The notes: generated from the letters alone by a model not told the origin. A stretch of 64,000 nt of DNA from Candidatus Saccharimonadales bacterium (GCA_041751215.1 JBGSXW010000005.1:195664-259663), one strand, 5' to 3'; shown: positions 8,018 to 16,823, counted from the first letter of the stretch. Made by a program: numbers and translations.

Positions 8018-9496
8018 TTGGGTATAGATACACTCGAGCATCATGACCAGTTGGCTGAATACGAAATCAGCCAGTTATCTAGAGTCGCGGCGCTGGCCGA
8101 GTGGAGCCCAGAAATTTTTGAAGCTAGAGAACAGGCCTTAGTTCAGGCGCAGCAAATATATGATCGTAATCATGAACTGTTGATGGCCGGCGAGTTTGAT
8201 AAGGTTCCAATGCCAATCGATGCTATCGGCGATGCGCGCTTTCAGGTAGAGATGGAAGAAACGCACGGACCGTTTAGTCAACAAGCATTAGAAGCCGGCG
8301 AAGCCACTGTTTTATCGGCCGATCGAGCTCTGGGCGAAGCCATGCGCGCCTTAACCTGGGAGGTGTTTAAGCCAAAGCGGCGTCGTTTTGATGATGAACA
8401 AGAAGTCTTCGTCTCGGAGGGTCGCCGACCGATAATCAAACAACTCCACAAAGGTTTAAGTCCGATTGCGTCGGCCGATGAAGTCAGCCGTCGATTTCCT
8501 GAAACAATCGAAGAGGAAACCTACAACGCCATCGCCAAACATCGCAGTTTTGATCCCAACACCTGGATACTAACACTATCGCTAGCCGGAAAAGATAAAG
8601 ATATGGGCTACGTTCATAAGACCGACAAATGGATGGCGCGCGGTGTCAGTTTTGGTGAGGACGAGCAAGGAATATACCGAGATGACGAACAAGCTGGGTT
8701 ATCCGGAAGAGGTATAACCGAAGAAATTATTGACGAAACAATCGAAGAACTTGAAATTGTTGCCCCGGGCACCAGACTCACGCGCAGCGAAAAACTGGGC
8801 CTACAAATAGAGTTGGATAAAAAATACTTTCCGACCCTACTTAGTTTTATTGAGTACCTCGACGTAAAAGCCGGAACTCATATGGGTGAGCCAATCGAGC
8901 CGGGCACAGAGCGTGATTACGCTATGGTTGTAGCTGAGGCTGAGCGCCGCCACCAAGAGCAAGAAGCCAAGCGACTAGAAGTTGCAGCCTACTCGTTAGA
9001 GCTAGCCAGAAATAAAGTTGACGCTCACACTTCAAAGCAGTTGATGCATGTATTTATTGATAAAAAAGCCCACGAAATTGTTTGTCAACAACCTGAAGCC
9101 GCCCGGGCTGTGTTTGGCGATGAAACCGCTGATCGCTATCAAGAAGCTCTAGAACTTGAGCGACTAGGAGAATACGAAGCGGCCGAGGGAATGAGAAATA
9201 CTGCCGAAGAAGAAGCTCCGCTTGTAGGTTATTGCGGTGCTGGTTCGTGCGGACTCGAAAAACTAGCGGAGTTAGATCAGGCTGCCTTAAAAGCTAGGGC
9301 CGCCGGACTAGAGGGTGAGCTGCTTCGCTCTACTGAGTCAAAATGCCGCGGTGAGTGTCTTAAAGAAGGCAAAAAAGGCGATGTTCTGGTGAATATGAAG
9401 GGCAGTAAGTTCTGCGCCGAATGCGGCAGCTCAGACATTAAAGGCATTTCGGCCGCTCTTAGCGACTTCTTTGCCTCGAAAGCTAAGAGTAACTAG
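8018..9496 (+). CDS. hypothetical acidic cytoplasmic protein with a C-terminal Cys cluster (putative zinc ribbon)
   Basis: 492 aa with a TTG start 8 nt after GGAGG. The protein is helical and acidic, with no TM segment. The C-terminus carries CGAGSCG...CRGEC...CAECG. No family recognised. It lies directly downstream of the B12 riboswitch. Confidence 0.6.
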   Translation: MGIDTLEHHDQLAEYEISQLSRVAALAEWSPEIFEAREQALVQAQQIYDRNHELLMAGEFDKVPMPIDAIGDARFQVEMEETHGPFSQQALEAGEATVLSADRALGEAMRALTWEVFKPKRRRFDDEQEVFVSEGRRPIIKQLHKGLSPIASADEVSRRFPETIEEETYNAIAKHRSFDPNTWILTLSLAGKDKDMGYVHKTDKWMARGVSFGEDEQGIYRDDEQAGLSGRGITEEIIDETIEELEIVAPGTRLTRSEKLGLQIELDKKYFPTLLSFIEYLDVKAGTHMGEPIEPGTERDYAMVVAEAERRHQEQEAKRLEVAAYSLELARNKVDAHTSKQLMHVFIDKKAHEIVCQQPEAARAVFGDETADRYQEALELERLGEYEAAEGMRNTAEEEAPLVGYCGAGSCGLEKLAELDQAALKARAAGLEGELLRSTESKCRGECLKEGKKGDVLVNMKGSKFCAECGSSDIKGISAALSDFFASKAKSN

Positions 9497-9501
9497 CCAC
9501 C

Positions 9502-10092
9502 ATGGAAGAGAAAAAAAGCAAAGTTGGAATTCTCAGCGGAACTTTTGATCCAGTCCACGACGGACACATTGCTCTAGCTGATAACGCCGCACACCAACTA
9601 GGCTTAGAAAAAGTCATCGTACTCGTTGAGCCCAAGCCTCGCCACAAACAACGCACCACTAAATACGCACACCGACTGGCTATGACTAAGATTGCGACCG
9701 GTTCGCAAAAATTTATATCGGTCCATGAGGCATCTGCGGGTGATCAGCATTCGGTCGAGCACACGCTAAAGTATCTACACTCTCGCTTTCCTGACTCGGA
9801 GCTGATAATGATCATGGGCGGTGATGTTTTTGAATATCTTCCAAAATGGGACGGGCAGGATGAGCTCAAGCAGCTAACTTTTGCGGTCGGACTACGGACT
9901 GAGGACGACGGCGAATTGGCGGTTTCAATTGCGGCTGAGAACGGCTACAAACTTAAACTTATTCAGACCGAACTCCCAAGGATTAGTTCCAGTCATATCC
10001 GCGATCTGATTAAAAGCGGTGAAAAGCCGGGACACTTAAGTCCAAAAGTCTTTGAATACATAAAGAAGCACAATCTGTATGACGGTTCATGA
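9502..10092 (+). CDS. nadD: nicotinate-nucleotide adenylyltransferase
   Basis: GILSGTFDPVHDGHIALA gives the (T/H)xGH nucleotidyltransferase motif, and the C-terminal ISSSHIR is typical of NadD. Confidence 0.85.
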   Translation: MEEKKSKVGILSGTFDPVHDGHIALADNAAHQLGLEKVIVLVEPKPRHKQRTTKYAHRLAMTKIATGSQKFISVHEASAGDQHSVEHTLKYLHSRFPDSELIMIMGGDVFEYLPKWDGQDELKQLTFAVGLRTEDDGELAVSIAAENGYKLKLIQTELPRISSSHIRDLIKSGEKPGHLSPKVFEYIKKHNLYDGS

Positions 10093-10570
10093 CTCAACCA
10101 AACCAGCTCTGCGCGAGTACTACAGCGAAATGCGCCGTGCTCTTAGTCACTACCAAGTTGAAGCCGCCAGCTTGAGTGTCTTATCTAAGCTTAAAACTGC
10201 ACTTGATTGGACTAAGATTAAGTCAGTTCATGTCTACCAGGCAATTCCGCGCGAGAATGAAATTAACACACAAAAGTTTCAAGAATGGTTAACTGCGAAT
10301 CAGTCGCAAATAAAGATATATCACCCCGAAGATTCTCTAGACTTGCCGGAAGTTGATGTCGTTATTTTGCCAGTTATTGCTTTTGACGAGCGTGGCCATC
10401 GCTTGGGCTTTGGCGGCGGCACTTACGATAAGTGGCTAGCAAGTTCTAGGGCAATCAAGATTGGCTTGGCCTACCAGTTTGCGCGGGTGCCTAATACCCT
10501 GCCCGCCGAACCACACGATCAAAAACTCGATCTTATTATTACCGACCAGCGACTTCACACAATTGACTAA
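10079..10570 (+). CDS. 5-formyltetrahydrofolate cyclo-ligase
   Basis: VILPVIAFDERGHRLGFGGGTYDKWL is the family signature. Overlaps nadD by 14 nt. Confidence 0.8.
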   Translation: MTVHDSTKPALREYYSEMRRALSHYQVEAASLSVLSKLKTALDWTKIKSVHVYQAIPRENEINTQKFQEWLTANQSQIKIYHPEDSLDLPEVDVVILPVIAFDERGHRLGFGGGTYDKWLASSRAIKIGLAYQFARVPNTLPAEPHDQKLDLIITDQRLHTID

Positions 10571-10630
10571 ACCTCGGTAATATCGTAGAATAACTCCTAC
10601 ATTTGTCGTATCGATTAAGGAGTGTGACAG

Positions 10631-11026
10631 GTGAGCACATCATCAGCTGAAGTGGATGTACTGCACCTGCAGGCAACCATCCTCTACGCCCCAAGCAGCC
10701 CAGCCGACGAACGCGAGTTCCGAACTGCAATTGCTGCGGTAGCTGCAAGTTTCGGCGCAGACCAGCGAGTCGGCCCCGCTCGAGCCAACGTCCCCCGGGT
10801 GCTGGCCGAGATCGATCCAAGCAAGACCGTTCTCGACCATTCGACCCAGGTGCTGCGTTTGCGAACTGCAACCAGAGATGCTCTCGATCTGAATCAGATC
10901 TTCACGGTTCGTGAACTTTTGAGTCGCACCGAGAAGCAAACGCTGGCGTTGCCGTACATCGGTCCGGTTCGAATAGAAGAGATCAAGAAAGCTCTGATGT
11001 TGTTGGAGCTGGAACTCCCAGAGTAG
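10631..11026 (+). CDS. stand-alone RNA polymerase alpha C-terminal-domain (HhH)-like protein, copy 1
   Basis: 131 aa. C-terminal LRLRTATRDALDLNQIFTVRELLSRTEKQTLALPYIGPVRIEEIKKAL follows the alpha-CTD helix-hairpin-helix pattern. AAGGAG SD with a GTG start. The region is visibly more GC-rich than its flanks. Confidence 0.55.
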   Translation: MSTSSAEVDVLHLQATILYAPSSPADEREFRTAIAAVAASFGADQRVGPARANVPRVLAEIDPSKTVLDHSTQVLRLRTATRDALDLNQIFTVRELLSRTEKQTLALPYIGPVRIEEIKKALMLLELELPE

Positions 11027-11051
11027 GACTACTACAGAAGAGAGGAAAACA

Positions 11052-11447
11052 ATGAGCACCACACTAGGCGCATCTCTCACTTTCGAGGGAGAGCAAGACG
11101 GTGTCGAGGACCTTGTCAGATCGATCCTTGCTCTGAAGAAGGATCACCCGGATCTGTGCTTGAGCCTTAAGGTCACTTCTGAGGCCGAGGTCGAGGTTTC
11201 GGCTGAACCAGATCCCGATCCCGATCCCGATTCAGAGGCAGTCGGTACGAGCATCAACGATCTCGATCTGACCGAGCGCCCCAGGAACTGCCTGAAGAGG
11301 GTTGGGATCACCACCATCGAACAGCTGACATCGAAGACGGAAGATGATCTTCGAGCCATCACCAACTTCGGCGAACGCAGTCTCGAAGATGTGGTGATGA
11401 AGTTGGCGCAACGAGGCCTGAAGCTGCTCTCGTCGGACCTCAGCTGA
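11052..11447 (+). CDS. stand-alone RNA polymerase alpha C-terminal-domain-like protein, copy 2
   Basis: 131 aa. INDLDLTERPRNCLKRVGITTIEQLTSKTEDDLRAITNFGERSLEDVVMKLAQRGLKL lines up residue for residue with the RpoA CTD pattern (L-L-S-R--NCLK---I-----L-----E--LL-----G-KSL-EI---L---GL-L). A PDPDPD linker is present. Confidence 0.7.
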   Translation: MSTTLGASLTFEGEQDGVEDLVRSILALKKDHPDLCLSLKVTSEAEVEVSAEPDPDPDPDSEAVGTSINDLDLTERPRNCLKRVGITTIEQLTSKTEDDLRAITNFGERSLEDVVMKLAQRGLKLLSSDLS

Positions 11448-11588
11448 TGCATCAACTTGCGGCAAGCGCAGAGATGTAGATTAAGAAGGCAACCCTTCTT
11501 GCAAAATCTATCATCGTCTCTGCGCTTCGCCCTCTACAGTCAAGAATTGTGTAATTCTTCTGACGAGCTCAAAAGAGCGAAACTGTAA

Positions 11589-13268
11589 CTAATCATGGTG
11601 TGATTGTAGATATTCCAGATGCTTCTCGCGCTGCTTTTTGAATTCGCTCTTTCGTAGGCCGTTCTTTTTAACGAAGGCGCTGATTTTTTCGCTTCCTAAG
11701 TAATGAGGCATCATTACGTAAGTTGCGCCGGCTTCGTAAAGCTCCGAAGCTTCGGTTGCCGAATCGGAGTGACAAACGGTTACCGCATGTGGGTTAACGG
11801 CCGCCAAATGCTTTATTAAGAATAGGTTCGTTGAGTGATCGGTTATAACCGAAACAACCAACTTGGATTTACTTAACTGGAGTTCTTCCAAAAACTCTGG
11901 ATCCGTAGCATCGCCGTACATATAGTGAGCTCCGGCGTGCTCTAGGCTATCGATTGCTTCTGGGTCGTAATCTACCACTACATACTTACGGCCCATTCCT
12001 TTAAAGGTACGCAGGAATTCATTGCCGCCGCGTCTGAATCCAAACAACACTAGGTCGTATTGATGCGAGTCCGTGCGCTCACTTCTGGTTTTGCGTTTCT
12101 CAAAAAGCTGTAAGTATTTTTCTAGGAAGTTATAGAGCGAATCGCTGTAAATAATCATGTATGTAGAGACCGCGATTGTAATTAAGGCAACTAGGGTCAC
12201 CAAGGCAACGGCTTCGTCGGTAACTAGTGCTCCTCGTTGGGCTAGCAAAATTAATACAAGCGAGAATTCACTGATTTGTGCCACCGCAAGGCCGGCCTTA
12301 AAGGCGGTCTTTTTGGTGTAGCCGAGCATGCCCATAATTCCCATAACTACAATTGGGTTACCGATTAGTACCAAGGCCGACAACACTATCGCTGGCACCA
12401 TGACGGCACCGAGGCTATCAAACTCTAATCTTGCTCCTAACACAATAAAGAACACAACTAAAAAGAAGTCGCGCAGCGGACGAAGACGAGATCCAATTTC
12501 GGCAGCATAGGGCAGGGGCGCCAGTGTAACACCGGCAATTAATGCTCCAACTTCGATTGAAAACCCAGCGTTTGCAAACAGAGAAGCAATTCCAAATCCC
12601 CAGCCAATAGCAAACAAGAAGAGCAGCTCCTGGTTTTTGCTAACGTGGCCAACAAGTTTAGGCAAGATCTCGATGCTAACTATTGCCAGCAGCGCTGCCA
12701 TCCAAGTGCCTTTAACAATTAGTGCCACTAATTCAGGCGTACTGATTCCACCGCCCTCGCTAGCAGCCGAGGTTACAAGTAGGGCAAAGGTAGCCACCAA
12801 GTCTTGAACCAATAAGAAGCCAATCGAAATTTTTGCGTAAAGGCGAGTCTGCTCGTGTTTGTCCGAGATCAACTTTAAAACGATAATCGTGCTACTAAAG
12901 GCCAGCGAAATTCCGACAAACAAAGCAATAATGTGCTCGTAGCCTAGAGCGCGCGTCAGGGCGTATCCAATAGAAGTTGTAAAGGCAATCTGGCCAATTC
13001 CGGTGAACAGCGCAACCTTGCCGACTTCCTTAACTACCTGAGGGTTTAAGCCGAGGCCAATAATAAATAGCAGCAGAGCAACCCCGAGGCTGGCGAACGT
13101 ATCAACGGTTGCCTCAGAATGAACCAGGTCAAGCAAGGCCGGCCCAACAATAACGCCGGTTACGATGTAGCCAATAATAAGTGGCTGCCGCAAAACCCTA
13201 ATAATTATCGACACAACAGTGGCAATGGCTAGGATAAGGCTAATTTCTAAAAAAGCGTCGTGTTCCAT
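11589..13268 (-). CDS. monovalent cation:proton antiporter-2 (CPA2, Kef-type) with a C-terminal TrkA-N/RCK domain
   Basis: 559 aa. About 12 TM helices have a Na+/H+-exchanger-type layout. A C-terminal Rossmann-like segment (YDLVLFGFRRGGNEF) follows. Confidence 0.85.
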   Translation of the reverse strand: MEHDAFLEISLILAIATVVSIIIRVLRQPLIIGYIVTGVIVGPALLDLVHSEATVDTFASLGVALLLFIIGLGLNPQVVKEVGKVALFTGIGQIAFTTSIGYALTRALGYEHIIALFVGISLAFSSTIIVLKLISDKHEQTRLYAKISIGFLLVQDLVATFALLVTSAASEGGGISTPELVALIVKGTWMAALLAIVSIEILPKLVGHVSKNQELLFLFAIGWGFGIASLFANAGFSIEVGALIAGVTLAPLPYAAEIGSRLRPLRDFFLVVFFIVLGARLEFDSLGAVMVPAIVLSALVLIGNPIVVMGIMGMLGYTKKTAFKAGLAVAQISEFSLVLILLAQRGALVTDEAVALVTLVALITIAVSTYMIIYSDSLYNFLEKYLQLFEKRKTRSERTDSHQYDLVLFGFRRGGNEFLRTFKGMGRKYVVVDYDPEAIDSLEHAGAHYMYGDATDPEFLEELQLSKSKLVVSVITDHSTNLFLIKHLAAVNPHAVTVCHSDSATEASELYEAGATYVMMPHYLGSEKISAFVKKNGLRKSEFKKQREKHLEYLQSHHD

Positions 13269-13312
13269 GGTTCTTAAGCTTAAGCATACCCTCTTAAGCT
13301 AATAGATGGCAA

Positions 13313-13852
13313 CTAGCCAGTGGTGCCACTTAAGGCCAAGCCAGCAACAAGTCCAACATTTATCACTAATCCACCCATTATGATTAACTCCAACGCTTCG
13401 GTAAGTGGCTCCTTGCGCTTTAGCCAATAGCCGCGGGTCATTCCAATTGCAAACAACAACATTAAAGTGATGGTTACAACTTGAAGCAATGCCGTTTCAA
13501 GTCGAGGTGAGTAGACTAACGGTAGCAAAATAATTACACCACCGATTGCATGGGTAATAAACTGAGCGAATCCGTCTACCATTGGCTTACGGTAGCCATC
13601 TCGCTTGTCGCTATGATCAAGTGCGTCCTCGATTCTTTGGGCGGAAACGCGTGCCATAGAGCTATTAAAAGCCTGCACTAACATTGTAAGCAGCGCGGCT
13701 GTCAGAATAAAACCACGGTTTAGTGTTCCGGTTAACATACCCGCTACGATTCCGGCAGTGGTTGCCAAACCACCCTCCAGGCCACTCATTAATGACACAA
13801 AATATTCGGAGTCAATATTCAGGACTTTTTTTGATTTTCGTCTTATTCTCAT
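13313..13852 (-). CDS. VIT1/CCC1-like membrane protein (tentative)
   Basis: 179 aa. SGLEGGLATTAGIVAGM plus three further TM helices resemble the VIT-family C-terminal domain. The assignment is weak. Confidence 0.45.
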   Translation of the reverse strand: MRIRRKSKKVLNIDSEYFVSLMSGLEGGLATTAGIVAGMLTGTLNRGFILTAALLTMLVQAFNSSMARVSAQRIEDALDHSDKRDGYRKPMVDGFAQFITHAIGGVIILLPLVYSPRLETALLQVVTITLMLLFAIGMTRGYWLKRKEPLTEALELIIMGGLVINVGLVAGLALSGTTG

Positions 13853-13917
13853 ATCGCAAAATACTCCACCCTACTATACACTAGGCCCTAGAACGCTTAC
13901 TTCGACAAAAGCTAGTT

Positions 13918-14847
13918 ATGATCAAATATTTATACAAAACCGTCCGAAGTAAGGGCTTAGAAAAGCCTGAAAAATACAAACCCGGCTCGTGGGTTTATGT
14001 TGAAGACCCAACAAACGATGAAATAAATCACCTGATCGAAGAGTATGGTTTAGACCGCGGATTAGTTGCAGATGCGCTAGACGAAGATGAAATGCCTCGC
14101 ATGGAGCACGAAGGCGATTTAACTTATATCTTTGTTCGCTATGCCAGACGTGACGATGAACTGCAGATCTCGACCTCTCCGTTATTGTTCGTAATCGGCG
14201 AAAAGCTGCTTATTACTTTAGCGCTTAATCCCATGCCGCGACTGGATCGTTTTGAAAACGGCAAACTAGACTTTAACACTACGCAACGAACCAAATTGGT
14301 TTTGCAGATTATGGATCAAATTGTCGATCAATACGAAGTCTTTTTGAATAATATCTCCAGGCAGATTAAAACCATTCGTTCTAGGCTAAGAGTTGAAGAA
14401 ATTCGCAACCAAGACTTTATTAATTTTGTAGTTATTGAAGACGAACTCAACGAGTTCTTGTCAGCCCTAACTCCCACCAACGCCATTTTGCGGCGCCTGC
14501 TGCTGGGTAAACATCTTAAGCTTTATGCCGATGACGAAGATTTGGTTGAGGATCTTTTACTCAACAACGAACAATCGATTGAAGGCTGTAAATCTAGCCT
14601 TAAGTCGATCGTTAACATCCGCGAAGCGTACTCAACGATCATGTCTAACAATCTAAACCAAGTGATCCGAGTTCTAACAGTCATAACCGTTATTATTGCC
14701 GTGCCAACACTTATTACCAGTGCTTATGGCATGAACGTTCATTTGCCGTTTGAAAACTCACCGATTGCCTTTGTGGGCGTTATGACGATAACTTTTGTGC
14801 TGGCGCTGCTGATTTTAGCAGTCTTTAAGCGCAATAAGTGGCTCTGA
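13918..14847 (+). CDS. corA: CorA family magnesium/cobalt transporter
   Basis: 309 aa. The YGMNV (GMN) motif sits between two C-terminal TM helices, after a large cytoplasmic N-domain. Confidence 0.85.
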   Translation: MIKYLYKTVRSKGLEKPEKYKPGSWVYVEDPTNDEINHLIEEYGLDRGLVADALDEDEMPRMEHEGDLTYIFVRYARRDDELQISTSPLLFVIGEKLLITLALNPMPRLDRFENGKLDFNTTQRTKLVLQIMDQIVDQYEVFLNNISRQIKTIRSRLRVEEIRNQDFINFVVIEDELNEFLSALTPTNAILRRLLLGKHLKLYADDEDLVEDLLLNNEQSIEGCKSSLKSIVNIREAYSTIMSNNLNQVIRVLTVITVIIAVPTLITSAYGMNVHLPFENSPIAFVGVMTITFVLALLILAVFKRNKWL

Positions 14848-14851
14848 CAAA

Positions 14852-15012
14852 AGCACCTTTTCAAAAAGGTGCTCCAAAACTTTTACGCTGCTGTAAAAAC
14901 GCTCTTGATCTCGCTCGAGACAAAACTCGGGCAACTGCGGAATCCGTCTGAACAGTCCTCGTCGCGCCGGGCCTTGCTCTCACGGTCTCAGAGGTTTTTT
15001 ACAGATGCGTAA
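14852..15012 (+). repeat. structured intergenic repeat, copy A (divergent)
   Basis: H1 is GCACCTTTT-CAAA-AAGGTGC. The long hairpin has outer arms CTGTAAAAA/TTTTTACAG and a conserved apex TGCGGAATCCGTCTGAACAGTCCTC. It starts 5 nt after the corA stop. Confidence 0.7.
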
Positions 15013-15109
15013 GTGCACAAGCCGGCCGGCTTGTGCATGATTGCTGAAAAGAAGGTCAGAGAGTAGCTATGCTATTGCTGCAAAAACAGATCAAAGCTAG
15101 GCGGGTGAC

Positions 15110-15138
15110 TTGACACTGCTTAAGCAATTTGAGAGAAT
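15110..15138 (+). promoter_or_regulatory. sigma70-type promoter candidate
   Basis: TTGACA (15110..15115), a 17-nt spacer, then GAGAAT (15133..15138). Confidence 0.4.
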
Positions 15139-15224
15139 CTCACTCGTTGCTCAAAAAGTCTTAGAGAGACGATTGGGAACATAAAAACAATCAAAACAAA
15201 TAATTTCCGAGGAGGAATTTAACC

Positions 15225-15329
15225 ATGCCAATTGAGGTAAGGGATTTATCTTTGCGTGCCCGACGCGTAAACGTTGATGTAAGAATGCCAGAGTGGCGCG
15301 AGTTCTTAGTAATAGAACACGCCACATAA
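15225..15329 (+). CDS. candidate 34-aa small ORF
   Basis: The ATG is preceded by GAGGAGG 8 nt upstream. The peptide is MPIEVRDLSLRARRVNVDVRMPEWREFLVIEHAT. It is below the ORF-track size cut-off and no homology can be assessed. Confidence 0.25.
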   Translation: MPIEVRDLSLRARRVNVDVRMPEWREFLVIEHAT

Positions 15330-15416
15330 TAGGAGTACGAACGGTAGTTATAGTCTTTGTCCAATCTGCTTGATGTCAATCAAGTGCTGTAAGCGCGCAC
15401 CTGCTATCATTGAGTA

Positions 15417-16181
15417 ATGATTAAAGAGTGTAAAAATCGGCACAATCAAAAAATAGTCTTTGAGCTGAGTGGTGACTTAAGTTCGGACAACTTAGTGTTT
15501 ATTGTCCATGGGCTCGGTGGTTCAAAGGATCAAAAACATATCCAGACAATCAGCAAAGCCTTTGTTGAGGCTGGATTTAAAGCTGTCGCAGTTGATACTA
15601 CAACCGGCTTTGGCGATAGCGAAGGCGACACAATAAATGTCAGTGCCACTAGCTACTTGCAGGATCTAGAAGACGTCGTAAGTTTTGCTCGGACGCAAGA
15701 TTGGTTTAGAGAGCCCTTTGTGGTTGCTGGGCATAGCTTAGGTGGAATAGCGACTTTGCTCTACGCCAATAACCATCCAGAACAAGTAAAGGGCATCTTC
15801 CCAATGAGCACGGTTGTATCGGGCAAATTATGGCGCAGCGGTAAGTCCGAGGCAAAGTTTGATGAGTGGGAGGCTCAAGGTTACTTTCTTAAAGTTAGTA
15901 AATCAATGCCAGGTCGTTCGGGGAAGATCGGCTATGGTTTAGCGCGTGATCTCGACAAGATAGATTCTCTAGAGTTTGCACCAGACATTAAATGTCCGGC
16001 GTTGCTGATAGTGGGATCAGAAGACCCAGGCACCACGCCAGCTATGCACGAGATGTTGTTTGCAAAACTTGGCGGACCTAAAGAACTCCACCTGATCGAT
16101 AAAATGGGGCACGATCCAACGTTGCAAACCGAATTAGATGAATTAACTCAGCTAATAGTTAGCTGGGCTAAGAAACTTTAG
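15417..16181 (+). CDS. alpha/beta hydrolase
   Basis: 254 aa with the GHSLGG nucleophile elbow and a C-terminal His (MGHDP). Leaderless context: TATCAT (15405..15410)-N6-ATG. Confidence 0.8.
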   Translation: MIKECKNRHNQKIVFELSGDLSSDNLVFIVHGLGGSKDQKHIQTISKAFVEAGFKAVAVDTTTGFGDSEGDTINVSATSYLQDLEDVVSFARTQDWFREPFVVAGHSLGGIATLLYANNHPEQVKGIFPMSTVVSGKLWRSGKSEAKFDEWEAQGYFLKVSKSMPGRSGKIGYGLARDLDKIDSLEFAPDIKCPALLIVGSEDPGTTPAMHEMLFAKLGGPKELHLIDKMGHDPTLQTELDELTQLIVSWAKKL

Positions 16182-16184
16182 TTG

Positions 16185-16823
16185 TTAGAGCGCCTCGTCG
16201 ATTAACTGGTTCCAAGCCTCTAGAGTTTGTGGAATGTCACTAAGCTGTTCGCCGTTTAGAATAAAGCTTGGTGTTCCAGTAATGTTCAGACTTTGCCCAC
16301 TTTTCATATCTGCCGAAATGCGCTGGAATGTACTTTCATCGGCTACATCTTGGCGGAATTGCTCGAGATTAAGTCCAAGCTCGTCGGCGTAATCTTCAAA
16401 AATTGATGCCGGGTTGGGGCTGCTTGCCCAAAGATCTTGCTGTTCGTAGAGCATATCGTGCATTGGCCAAAACTTTCCTTGTTTGTGCGCAGCCTCGGCA
16501 GCGCGGTGCGAAGCCATGGCGTTGGCGTGGATGCTAGTTAGCGGGAAATGTCTAAATATTACTGTTAAATCCTCGGCGCGGTCGGCTTCTAGCTGTTTAA
16601 TTATTGGGTAGATTGATGCACAGCCTGGGCACTGAAAGTCACCGTATTCAATTAAGACTACTGGGCCGTCACCACGTTTGTGGTCCTGTTGCTGTGCGAC
16701 CTTTGCGTCTTCGTAAGCAAAGTCGCCCGGGTTGGTAGTTTGCTCCTCACCGCCAAAGACAAAGAAAACCCCGATCATAAGAGCCATTACTCCAAGTAAT
16801 ACTAACCAAAAACCTTTTTGCAC
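16185..16823 (-). CDS. DsbA-family thiol:disulfide oxidoreductase, membrane-anchored
   Basis: An N-terminal TM segment is followed by a thioredoxin fold with FQCPGCA (CxxC). AAAGGAGG SD with a GTG start. Confidence 0.8.
   Translation of the reverse strand: MQKGFWLVLLGVMALMIGVFFVFGGEEQTTNPGDFAYEDAKVAQQQDHKRGDGPVVLIEYGDFQCPGCASIYPIIKQLEADRAEDLTVIFRHFPLTSIHANAMASHRAAEAAHKQGKFWPMHDMLYEQQDLWASSPNPASIFEDYADELGLNLEQFRQDVADESTFQRISADMKSGQSLNITGTPSFILNGEQLSDIPQTLEAWNQLIDEAL

Noticed and set aside
10539-11465. Long antisense ORFs (10539..10871, 10643..11080, 11144..11455, 11232..11465) overlapping the alpha-CTD-like genes.
   Set aside because: They are typical stop-codon-poor antisense frames of a GC-rich segment. 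They have no SD, no motifs and Arg/Ser/Gly-rich junk composition. The sense ORFs have SD sites and a recognisable domain.
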